Assembly (NCBI GenBank): GCA_028534125.1
Contig: CM052818.1
Span: 31,250,001 to 31,314,000, forward strand
DNA length: 64,000 nt
Direction of reading: 5' to 3'
DNA from: Lama glama
Taxonomy: Eukaryota
The position numbers and the translations under genes are program-made. Below the pieces are notes generated by a model, which saw only the letters and a list, made by a program, of their open reading frames with translations, was not told where the DNA came from and ran no database searches. Positions 1 to 10,944 of this stretch are shown in pieces (position 1 is the first letter of the stretch; each line of letters opens with the position of its first letter).

Positions 1-79
1 GGGAATTCAGTCCCACTTCACAAGAATCCATCAGTTCACTCTCCAAGTCCAGATGAAGTCTGCCCAGGAGGCCAGGATG

Positions 80-215
80 TTGGAGAGTTAGACACCCTGA
101 GTTCTGGTTCCAGCTCTGCCAGTATTTACTCTATAAACTTAAGTGAGCCCTTTATCTGCTGTGGGTCTCTGTCTTCCCATCTGTGCATGAGGCAGCCGGA
201 CCAGATGATCAGAGG
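80..215 (+). mobile_element. MIR SINE fragment
   Basis: MIR core-like sequence ctgagttctggttccagctctgcc...tctgtcttcccatctgtg. Confidence 0.55.
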
Positions 216-534
216 GCCTTCCTATGCTTTCCTTCCACAGGGACCACTGAAAGGAAGTGATATGCAGTTTGGGAAACTGTAGGCCACTCTAGAAGGGCCC
301 GTTATTCCACCTCAAATTGAGACCACTGTGCATGTGCAATTCAAACTAACCTTCACAATGCATCCATTCCACATCTTAACTGCAGGAGTAAATCTGAAAT
401 GCAAATGGTAGATCCAGAGCCCATGTTAGCTCCCAAGGGCTGGGGAAGGGGGAAGTGATGTATTCCCATCAGCTACTGTGTAGCATGTGTTTGACATCCA
501 TCATTTTATCACCCTTATGATGGCCTTGAATTGG

Positions 535-690
535 GTATTATCATCCGTAATTTCCAGCTGGGGAAACTGAGGCTCAGGAAGGTTTAGCAGCCCTGAGCCC
601 TGCCAGGGCACAAGCAGTGAGACTGTGGTAACACTGAGTTTGAACCCAGATTGGCCTGTGCCCAGAGCCTGTGCTCCCTCCACAGCACCA
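535..690 (-). mobile_element. MIR SINE fragment
   Basis: ggggaaactgaggctcagg...gagtttgaacccagattggc...agagcctgtgctc. Confidence 0.65.
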
Positions 691-2136
691 GGCTGCCCTC
701 AGGAAAGCCCAGAGTTCCACTCCTAGACTAGAATGATCTTGAGTCTCTGCTGAAGATGGATAACTCCAACGTGAGCTTTACCGACCAGCCAGGGAAGAGA
801 GCTGTTGGTCACTGGAGGTCAAGTTGTGGTGAATGTCAAGGGTGCAGATAAGGACAGAGACCAGAGCCAGGCTTAGCTCATCATACCGTGCTAGCTAATT
901 AGTGAACACCGGCATTAGGGCTCCAAGGGAAGCAGAGGGCTCTTCACTTTCTATCTTTAGTGGCTTGAGGGAGGAAACGGGGAAGGAAGCCAGCATTGGA
1001 GCTGGCTCTGTGGTTCCCCATGCCTCCCTGAAAGCTTTGCCCTATCATGGGAAGTTTTGCAAATGCGGACAATTCTTTCCCCTTTAATTCTCCAAGACTT
1101 CCTAGAATTTTAGAGATACTCGCCATAGTGTGTGTCCCCACAGTGGTTGGGGGTGGGTGGAGCCCCACTGTGGGTATGAGGTCAGTGTCTGGGGTCTGAG
1201 AACGCATGCCTTTACCTGGGTCTGCAGAGAGCTGATATTTGACACAGAGCAGAATGTTGGGTGGAAGGCTGGAAGGTGGGTGAAGTCACCAGGGCACAGA
1301 GCTGCCTCGGGGAATGGGTGTGGCAGAGGATGGGCGAGTGTGCCACGTGGGTGCTCCCTTTCGCTGGGTAGACAGATGCCTTTGTCCAGGGGCCTGCCCT
1401 GAATTGATAAGCTGATCTCTCTGATTCTGCTTTTTTTTTTTTTATGATAACATCACGATTTATTGAGCATCTCCTCGTGCTGGCCGTTCACTCCCTGCTT
1501 TACAGGATCATTGCTGTCACGCCAGGCGGTTTAGTGTCTTTTACCCAACCATGTTCTTATGGGGCCCTTCTGAGTTGGAAGAGGAAGTTATGTTCACGGC
1601 CTTCAATTTCTCCTACACTGAGAGGGGAAAGGATGGAGCGAGCTGGGGGACAAACATTGGTCTTTTGTGTTTACCCACCAGGTGTGTCTGTGTATGTGAC
1701 ATTCATCACGGTGGCAGTGGGTATTTTTTACATTCCACATTTGATGTCTTCCCTCTCGGACGCTAATTATGCCTTTATAGCTCCAGAATTACATGCTTTT
1801 ATGTTCCAGTTCCACTCTAAACCCCAAAGGACACCCTTCACACAGCACTAGAGGGATCGCTTCATTCACTGAAAATCAGATCACGTGACAACTTTCCACT
1901 ACACATACCATCTACAATGTGCATCTTACGCTGTGGCCCGTAAGACCTTGCCTCCCCTCCCCTACTGCCACTGCACCTCAGTTTCTTTGCTGCAGGACTG
2001 CTGCCCCTGATCGCCCCCATGCACACTGCAGCCCAGGGTAGGCCCAATCCACGCCACTTGACTGAGCGGGTGGGCAAGCCGGCCTGAGCTGCTAATTGGA
2101 TCATGTCTCGCCCTTGATCTTGTCTTTTTCCCCCAC

Positions 2137-3245
2137 CTTTATTCAGATATTATGGACATAGAACATATGTAAGTTTAAGGTGTGCAGCAGGAGATTAAAT
2201 ACACATGTACACTGCAAAATGATGACCACAATAAGGTTAGTTAACATCTCTGTCCCTTCACATAACTACGATTGGGTGTGTGGTGATAACTTTTAAAATC
2301 TACTGTCTTAGCTTTCAAATATATGATACAGTTGTTAATTATAGTCCCCATGGTGTGCATTAGACTCCCAGATCTTATTTATCTTACAACTGGGAGTTTG
2401 TACCAACATATCTCTATTTCCACCCAGCCCCTGGCAACCACCATTCTAGTCTCTCTTTCTATGAGTTCAGCTATGTTAGATTCCACATGTAAATGAGAAC
2501 ATACAGTATTTGTCTTTCTCTGACTTATTGCACTTAGAATGATGCCCTCTGTTGATCCACGTTGTTGCAAATGGCAGGATTTCCTTCTTTTTCATGGCTG
2601 AGTAATGTTCTAATCTATTTGTACATCACATTTTCTTTATCCATTCATCCATTGATGGACACTCAGGTTGTTTCTATGTCTTGACTATCGTTAAATAATG
2701 CTGTGGTGAACACAGGAGTGCAGATATTTCTGTAAGAGGGTGTTTTCATTCCCTTTCAGATAAATACCCCAGAATGGAATTGCTGGATCATATGGTAGTT
2801 GTATTTTTAATTTTTTGAGGAACCTTCCCACTGTTTTTCATAGTGGCTGCACCAGCTTACATTCCCACCAACAGTGCACAAGGGTTCCCTTTTCTGCACA
2901 TCCTCACTCACGCTTATCTCTTATCATCTTGATGACAGCCATGCTAACAGGTGCGAGGTGCTATCCTATTGTGGCTTTGATTGCGTTTCCCCTGATGATC
3001 AGTGACGTTGAGCATCTTCTCATGTGCCTGTTGGCCATTTGTATGTCATCTTTGGAAAAATGTCTATTTAAGTCCTTTGCCCACTTTTTAGTCAGATTTT
3101 TTTTGCTATTGAGTTATATGCGTTCCTTATATTTTTTAGATATTAACTCCTTATCAGGTAGATGGTTTCCAACTATTTTCTCCCTCTCCATGGGCTGCCT
3201 TTTTATTTTGCTGATTGTTTCTTTTGTTGTGCAGAAGCCCCTCAG
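2137..3245 (-). mobile_element. 5'-truncated LINE-1, L1MA9-like 3' end plus decayed ORF2 C-terminus
   Basis: Minus-strand ORF2 remnant FCTTKETISKIKRQPMEREKIVGNHLPDKELISK. Typical L1 antisense text (catccattgatggacac, ggaattgctggatcatatggtag) and an L1MA9-like 3'UTR start (gtaagtttaaggtgtgcagc). Confidence 0.9.
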
Positions 3246-3919
3246 TCTTTTCCAATTCCCTCCTTCTGGGCAAAGGGACTTGACTTTGGAGTAACCCAAT
3301 TTTCCACTTTTCTCTGATTGGCTTTGACCAAATTCCCACTTGCTCCTCCCAGCATCTAGAAGAAGTTCTTAAAGTTGCTGGTTCAGCCCAACTGAAGCAG
3401 TGATTAGTGGAGCCCTAGGAGGGACAGTGACCTAGGCCAAGAGTAGGGCCTAGCACCAGCTGCCTCCTGGGCTGCAGGGCCTGGGCTGCAAAATCAGGGA
3501 GAAAACACCAAAACTCAGAGCAGCCATGCAGGGCCCCCAGATGGAGTCAGTGGCCCCATCCTTCTGGACTCCTGCCAGGCTGAGACCCGGGTGGGATGCA
3601 GTCCAGCCTTCGCATGCCCTGGTCACTCCGTAACTGTCTCTTGACCAAACCTGAATGCCGGCTGCCTGCAGGGGCCTCTGAGAGCATCCTGAGTCAGCCC
3701 CAGGATGGCCTGACTGTTCTCGGAGTACGAGGGAAGCACGGAGGAAGCTGAGGGGGGCAGTGGAAAGGGCAGGGCATCTCAGGTCGCTGTGAGCTGGGAG
3801 GGAAGGATGTTATCAGAGAGAATGTTTCACGGTCAATGGAAGAGAGGGTGCTGGAGCGCAGGGGGGAGGAAAGGAGGCTCAGTCACAGGACAGACACTTA
3901 CAGCCCACCAGGAGAGGCT

Positions 3920-4075
3920 GAAAGCAGCAGCCCTGGGGCCAAACGTGCCAAGTTTTCCAGGCTCAGCTCTGCCGCTGCCAACTAGTAACTCTAGGACTTT
4001 GGCCAAGTCAGTTAACCCCGTTAAACCTCAGTTTTCTCATCTGTAAAGTGGGGAGAGCAACAGGACCTGTCCTCA
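3920..4075 (+). mobile_element. MIR SINE fragment
   Basis: ctctgccgctgccaactag...actttggccaagtcagttaacc...cctcagttttctcatctgtaaagtgggga. Confidence 0.75.
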
Positions 4076-4084
4076 GTCGACTCC

Positions 4085-4465
4085 TATTTGGTGGCCCTCA
4101 ATGCAGCACGCCCTGCCCTGGTGAGGTCCCTTCCATACTGACCCTGCGGGTGGCTCTTACGGGCTTAGGCCAAAGGGACATTAGCAAGGCTGAAGCAAGC
4201 GGAGGTCTGGCGAGCACTGCACGCACGTTGGAGCATCTCTTCTTAGCGGCCCCCCACCACCCTGTGCTGAGACGCCTGGCAGCCGGGTGGAGGGGCCATG
4301 TGGCTGAGGCTGTCGTGGACCTTCCAGTGGTTCCACGGCCCCGCTCAACGCTGTGTGAGGAGAAGGGCCTGGGCCACCCACAGAAGCACGCGAGAGATTG
4401 CATGGTCATTACTGTCTGTCTCTAAGACTTGGGGGGTTTGTAACACAGCAGTGGAAAACCCACAC
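4085..4465 (+). mobile_element. MaLR (MLT1-type) solo LTR, old
   Basis: MLT1-like 3' end ctaagacttggggggtttgtaacacagcagtggaaaacc and internal ggccaaagggacattagcaa. Confidence 0.6.
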
Positions 4466-5619
4466 ACGGCCCCATGGACACCGTGCCCAGGGCGCAGCAG
4501 GCGCTCTGTACATGTAGTGGTGACGTGTGCTGGGGCCACCTAGCCCGCGAGCCCTGGAACGTGACCCCCAGCGCTCTCCACACACAGATACTAGTAAGTA
4601 CCAGGCGGTTTGCAAAGCACTTTCTCCTGCTTTATCTGTGGTAGGACAACATGAAGCCCTAAAGCCGTAAGGATTCGGGGCCGTGCCCCAGATAATTCCG
4701 CTCCTACACGGCTGAGCTGGACTCAAGCTCCCATGTCCATATGACAGGCATCGTGCCACATACACCAAACACTTGCCCACACAGCAACAGCTGGTCTTCG
4801 GAAGAAGTGCAACAGCGTGGAGACTTCGCGGTCCTGTAGAAAAAGCCCACTTGGGATCCCTTCCTTACCATGTGATCGTAAGCTGAATGTTTGAAGCAAG
4901 TCTTAGGCTCCAGAGAAGAGGAGGTACTGCCCGGGGCCGGCTTTCTTCCAGCACTGAATGCCGTGAAATTCAAATCAAAGCCTGTGTGGAAAGGGGGATG
5001 AGTTTTCAGCAGTTTTCTGCAAAATTCTCGGACAGGGTCTGCCCCTTCCCATCCTCACAGTGGGCATGCGTCCCGCACCGGATAATTAGGGGCATGCCCC
5101 GCCCTCTGATCACGTGATGTCCGGGAGCTTCCTTTTCCCCGTGGTGACTGGGGAAGGCGTGCCGTTGGCCCCCTCACTGACCAGCCTGGGTTCTGACCCA
5201 GGGCCTGTGCGAGAGGAGGGGTGGCAGAAGCTGCCCTTTGTCCTGCCCAGCAACACCCCCCGTTTGGACATTAGCAGGCTCCGCTTACAGTTCCTACCCT
5301 TTGACCTTCTTTTCATCCAGCCAACAAAGATGATGCCTGGGCCCGGCCTTTCCTGCCCTTGATATTTGCCTTCCCAGTTTCAGTAGGAAGATTGTGGGGA
5401 CATTTCCCAAAAAGCTAATGGGGATTCATTGAATGACAGTCTCTGCAGTAGAAAAACTGACAACATCTCAGGCCGCAGGATGTCTGAGTAAAGCCAGGAA
5501 GGGAATGAGCAAGCCATGTGGTTTTCTGGGGAAGAGCCTCTCGGCAGAGGGAGCCGCGGGGCAAAGAGCCCGACAAGTGCGCTTCATCCAGCCCCTCAGG
5601 TCTTCCGTCTCACACAGCC

Positions 5620-6340
5620 AGAGTGCAGTCACCAAACCCATTCATGGACATTGAGACAATAATGTTAACTAATTTGTAGGGCGTATTCAATGCCAGTCCA
5701 GGATCCCCCCACATCTCCTTAATCTCATTCCCCAGTCGGTAACTGGCCTTCAGTCTTTCTTTGTCTTTCATGACCTTGATCCTAACATACTGGCTAGTTA
5801 ATTTGCAAAGTGGCTCTCAGTTTGGGATTGTCTTAATGATTAGATTAAGGTTATGCCTTTTTGGCAAAAATGCTGCTGTGACTTCCCAGGGGTGCTTCGT
5901 GTCTGTGTGCCTCAGGCCTAGTGATGGTCTAGTTGGCTTGGTTAAGGTGAAGTTTTCCAGACTTTTCCACTATAAAGTTACTGCATGTGCCCTTTGTATT
6001 TAATCTCTATCTCATGGAGAGATCCTGGGAGGCTCTGTGAATACCCTCTTTCTTATCGCGTACTTTAAGGCACTACATTTAGGGGCCGTCAGTGATTCTC
6101 ACCTGCAACAGTTACTACCATGATGTTTGCCAAAGGGTGATTTGCTCTTTCCACCATTTCTTCTACATTTATTAACTGAGATGCTACTGTAAAGAAGAGT
6201 GATCCCCTCTCCCTTATTTCTGTATTCAATTATTTACACCAGTATGAGCCCATGGCTGTTTATTTTGTCCTGTGGGTGTAGTCCATTTCTGCCAGTGTTT
6301 GGTTGTTTCAGCTTTGATGTTCAGTGCTCTGTTAGGTTGG
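5620..6340 (-). mobile_element. Ancient L1MC-type 3' end fragment
   Basis: ttgtctttcatgaccttga...tttgggattgtc...gattagattaaggttatgcctttttggc...tttccactataaagttact. Confidence 0.6.
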
Positions 6341-6374
6341 CCCCAGTGTCCTTTCACCTGCCATATGGGAGCTA

Positions 6375-6505
6375 CTTGCAGACGCTGACCCCAGGCTCCT
6401 CGGGCAGAAATCCTGGTGTGATTATTCTGGACTGGGGCCTGGTTTTTGGGCATTCCTGCAGCCCTCCAGGTGGTTCTGTGGTGTAGCCTGGGTTGAGATC
6501 CATCC
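6375..6505. mobile_element. MER5-like hAT DNA transposon fragment
   Basis: tggggcctgg...ctccaggtggttctgtggtgtagcctgggttgagatcc. Confidence 0.55.
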
Positions 6506-6519
6506 ATGTAGCTCAAAGC

Positions 6520-6640
6520 CATCAATTGACAAATGAGGAAGCTAATGCTCAGAGAGGGGAAGGGACTTGCTTGGAGTTACAGCCATAGTCAGGGGGCTGG
6601 GACCATAGCCCTGTCTCCTGATTTCCAGGCTTGGGTTTCC
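6520..6640 (-). mobile_element. MIR SINE fragment
   Basis: ttgacaaatgaggaagctaatgctcagagaggggaagggacttgcttggagttacagc. Confidence 0.7.
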
Positions 6641-6799
6641 CTGGTCCCCATCTGTCATAGTCCTGCTGCCAAATGGTATGCCAGAGAATATGGGGGTTCC
6701 AGACAGTGGATCTTACATCTGGGAACCCCTGGCAGTCCTTTCAGGGGGTCCTTCCAGTCAAAACTCTGTCACTCCCTATATCCTCTGCCCTCTAAGCGA

Positions 6800-7215
6800 G
6801 TGCTGTCTGAAGACCACATTAAAGATGCTATCTGCCTTTTTAATTCTCTTTCTCACAAGTGAATGCAATTTTCCAGAGGCTACGTGATGGGAGATTTTCA
6901 ACAGATTGACCACAGATGCAGCATGTGAATTTAGCTATATTCTTAATGCTAGACCTTAAAGCAATTGGCAAAATAAAACAATGCCGTGCTTCTCACTAGT
7001 TTTTTTTCTTAGAAATTATAGTAATTTGTCATAAGAAATACATTATATATGTTAATACACAATAGGTTTATTATTTTAAAGGCTTGACAAATGAACATTT
7101 TAAGTATTTGTCACAGTGAATATTGCTGAATAGAACTCCTACAAAGTACTTTGGGCTTTGCAATAGTAAAATGTTAAGAGTGCAAAGAAGTCTCAGAACC
7201 AAAACTTTTTTTCTA
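6800..7215. mobile_element. hAT-Charlie-type DNA transposon remnant
   Basis: ttttccagaggctacgtga...aaaataaaacaatgccgtgcttctcactag resembles the terminal region of Charlie-family elements. Confidence 0.45.
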
Positions 7216-7519
7216 GACTATCCTAGAAATGGTTTTCTGGTCTTCTAGAATATTCTGACCAAATGGGCTATAACAACTTATAAAAAAACAAAGACCTACC
7301 CTCTACCACCTCCAAATTCTTTGAGCACTGTTGGGGTCTTGGAAAGTTTCCCCCACTCTGTGCCTCACCACAGTGTCGGGGAGGCAGGCTCCTAACCTCT
7401 GACTTCCACAGAAATAAACTCGGAAGAACTTCCTATGGTACACACAGGCAAGAAGCAGTGTGCCTCACACATCATGGAAACAGTGGAGATTTCAATTTCA
7501 TGAGTTTAACATAAACATA

Positions 7520-7543
7520 TGTGTGTGTGTGTGTGTGTGTGTG
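7520..7543. repeat. (TG)n microsatellite
   Basis: Read directly; about 12 TG units. Confidence 0.95.
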
Positions 7544-9935
7544 GCCTCATCTTCTTTGATTAAAAAAAAGTCACATAACTATATACATTGTTCTCCATCT
7601 TTCTTTTTTCACTTAATATTTTGGAGAAAAGTCCCAGATCAGTGTATGTAGGTGTTCGTCATGCCTCTGCCCGGCTGCACAGAACTCAGTCACGTAATTA
7701 GACTATAGAGTATTCAGTCATCCCCCACCATGGACATTGAGGTTAATGCCAGTGTTTTATTCTGACCAATAGAGCTACAATGAAGAGTTTTGTGCATGTC
7801 TCTTACAATTTTTTGGCCAGTGTATTTTTGGGGATAGATCTCTCAAAGTGGGGTTGCTGGTTAAGGGTAAATGCATAAGAATCATGTTCACGATTGGCAA
7901 ATTCTCCTCCATAGCTGTAGTTGGGGGAAGGTGAGATTAGATGGGCAAGACTTCTTAAGGGTGCATATTTTGAGCCAAGTTTCTACTTTTAAGTATTCAG
8001 ATGCTAATATATTTTGGTAAATCATATCATCAATCAAAAATGATTTGATTCTTGTCAAAAAACCTAATTATTTCCCAGAGGTAGATGGGTTTGCATTTCA
8101 AATATTTGTTTTTGTTATATTAAACTTGTAAATTTCTGCCCCCAGCTTGAGTTTAGTACAAGATCCTTTCTGAATGACTTCCATGGAATGATCGTTTAGA
8201 ATTTATTGTGCAAAAGAAATTGGTAAGATGCTGGGGTGAACACTGGGATAAGAAAAATATGAGACATTCTTATCTTGACTTTCCAGAAACTTATAAGTCA
8301 GCTGAGGTGATAAGACCGAAAAATAACTATAACATAAGATAATATGTAGTACAGTCGAGCAAGAGTTGCAGAGAAATATCACCACAACAGGAGAACATTT
8401 CAAGCTAGATTGATCAGGAAAAGGTTCAGAGAAAAAGTGGGATTTGCCTGGATTTGGGTTGTGAGGAGGCACCTTTCTGAGTGAAGGTGGGAAAGGGCAG
8501 GGGGCACGTGAAGTCTGGGCAACCAGCTGCGTTGCTGTGAAAACGTCCACACCTGGGGACAGTCTTGCGCGTGAGGTTAGGCCGGGTTGGAAGGAACCGG
8601 GATCGGTGGTATGGGCTGCCCAACACCAGCAGGAAGCCACTGAGCATGCTGAGAAGGAGGGTTCTGTGATTAAACTGGGGTTGTGGGGAGATCACTTGGG
8701 TCCAGTGGACAGAGATTGGCGTCAGCCTCCTGGTGCAGGGAGAGGTGGTAGGCAGTGCCCAGACTTGCGAGATCTGATGCCACAGAAGGAAGGGCTGCCC
8801 CTGCGGAGGAAGGTACAGGTTGGGGTGACGACCTGACTGTTAAGGGCGGGCCAGGGAGGGATGAGTGACTCTGCCTGCAGTGCTGGGAGTAAAGGAGCTG
8901 CATCATCCTTTTCATGTCATCCATACGGAGAGACATCAGAGCTGCGGGATTTAGACTTCAACAGATTTCCCATGGGAAGAAAAATGCTGTCCATACTGTC
9001 TCACTTAAATCTGGGGATCTGGGTGGAGGAGGTCATGACTCAAGAATTCAGACGAACCAGTCATTGATGAGATTGTCCGTGCATGACTCTGAAGAACACT
9101 TGGGCTCCCAAATATCCTGATGTGGATGGAGGGGGCCGCCGAGCCCCTTTGTGTCCCTCACTGGTAAGGGTCAGGGACCCTGTCTGGAAACCATGCTGAT
9201 TTGCCCCAGACTCCACATAGCTGAGGTGGACATCTGGCCAATCAGCATCATTTTATCCTATTTTCAATAGCAGTCTTCTTAAAGGTCATTCCTCCCCCAC
9301 ATGTGGTCCCTGTGGTCAGGGGGGTGGCGAGTAACCCAGGCATGTAACCCACTTAGTATTTCTGGGCAAGTAAGTGTTCAGGAATGAGCTCAGCAACCCA
9401 GTTTAGGATTTGCATCCAGCCATGGAGGAAGCAGCCTCTCTGGCTCTTTCTCACTGGATTTGAACCTGAGAGGATGCAGGGCTGAGGTGACTGCAGGCAA
9501 GTCAACACAGTCAGGAGAGCACAGGTGTCCTTTAGGAATTTACCTTAAGAAAAAGTTTTGGCCTGAAGCGTGCATCTGTATGAGTGTAGATGAGATTCTG
9601 TGCACATCCTAGGGCTCACTAGCTGGCATTTGAGGTACTCTCATCAGAAGCCCACCCTTCACAGGGAGTTGGTGAAGCCCTTTATATAGTTTATCAGTGA
9701 AGTGAGTGATGTGGAAGCAAGTGGGTAGCTACAACAACTATGCGCTTCTCTCTCCCCTTTGCTTGAACAGAATATAGAAATCCTGCCAAGGCCCCGTCCT
9801 TGAAAGCTGCCCCTCTGGTCCTGTGTGCCCCTTTCCCAGTGAGTGACACTGGGGGCTCCCCTCAGAGTGAGTCTTCCAAGCAAATGCTCGTTGGAGAGGC
9901 TGAAAGCAGAGTGGGCCAATGCGGAGCTTAGGTTC

Positions 9936-10512
9936 TGCAGGGGAGGAAAATCATTTTCCCTCTGCCCTTCTGAGTTCTTGGCTGAGACCCCTGTAATATC
10001 AGACAGATGAACAAGAGAACAATCAGAAACGTATTAACATGTACACCTCATGTACACATGGAGATACCCAGGGTAAAATGAGTAAGTCCCTGCGGTGGCT
10101 TAGAACTCAGGCTTGAATACCATCCCACTGGAAAAAGGGGAGGGGAGAGCAGACCTCTCGGGGGAGAGTGAATGAGTTTTATGAAAGATGAAGGGGCCCT
10201 TGGAATAGATGGGGGTATGACATTTTGTGACAGTGTATCTGGTGTGCGGTCAACTTTTAGTCTTCTCTCCTGTGACAAGAGTTGATCCTCCCTGCCTGAC
10301 GAAACTCCTAGGGAGGGGATTTAGGGCAATTCAGTTCTTTCTGGAGGATCTGTCTTTAGGCAGAAAAGGGGGAGTTCAGAGACAGCCCCTCCCTGCATTC
10401 CCTGTTTCTCAAGTGCCTACAGCTCAAAATAGTGTATCAGTGTGGCACACTGGGGGTGACATGTCCTAAGCTCTCAGCCATATTTTGGGGTGGCATGCTC
10501 TGCTGCCCTTCA
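9936..10512 (-). mobile_element. ERV1-class solo LTR (MER34/MER39-like group)
   Basis: TG...CA termini flanked by an imperfect TSD, ggttc (9931-9935) and ggtcc (10513-10517). The minus strand starts tgaagggcagcagagcatgccaccccaaaatatgg, typical of this LTR group. Confidence 0.75.
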
Positions 10513-10944
10513 GGTCCATGATTTTTGTGTCTGTTTGCAAAGTACATGTCCATGCACTTGTCAGACCTCAGTCTCACAGTTCTAGCTCTGACAGTGGGGG
10601 TGGGGTGCACGAGTCCCATTACCTCTTCCAGCTGGTGCTGCTGGTGTTTCCCAGAACACCCCCCACCGTGTGGAACAAGCACGTTGTCCTGAGGCTGAAC
10701 TGAGAGATGGAGAAAAATCAAGTTCTGAAGACAGTCAGTGAGCCCTGAATTCAGCTGGGGCCCCTGGACTTTTTCAGTGATGAAAACAGTACACTCCCTT
10801 TTTGTTGTGGCATTTTTTTTAAAAAACATCTGTGACAGAGTCCTCACTGGTCAGCTCTTCCTCAGTACGACACGTCATGAGGGTGTAACAGTGTGGGCAA
10901 AGTGGCGCCCAGCCACTCCTGGGAAAACAGAAGCAACACGCGTG

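Noticed and set aside
1444..1851. 135-aa ORF with hydrophobic stretches, and other short ORFs at 4-13 kb
   Set aside because: No recognisable homology or exon structure. ORFs of this length are expected by chance in GC-richer DNA, and several overlap repeats or the UTR.
2815..3294. 159-aa hydrophobic ORF (similarly 57494-57938)
   Set aside because: Antisense reading of L1 ORF2, a well-known spurious ORF class.
1..10900. Exons of a neighbouring gene (CAPN13 lies downstream of LCLAT1 in human)
   Set aside because: No calpain-like peptide was recognised in any listed frame.
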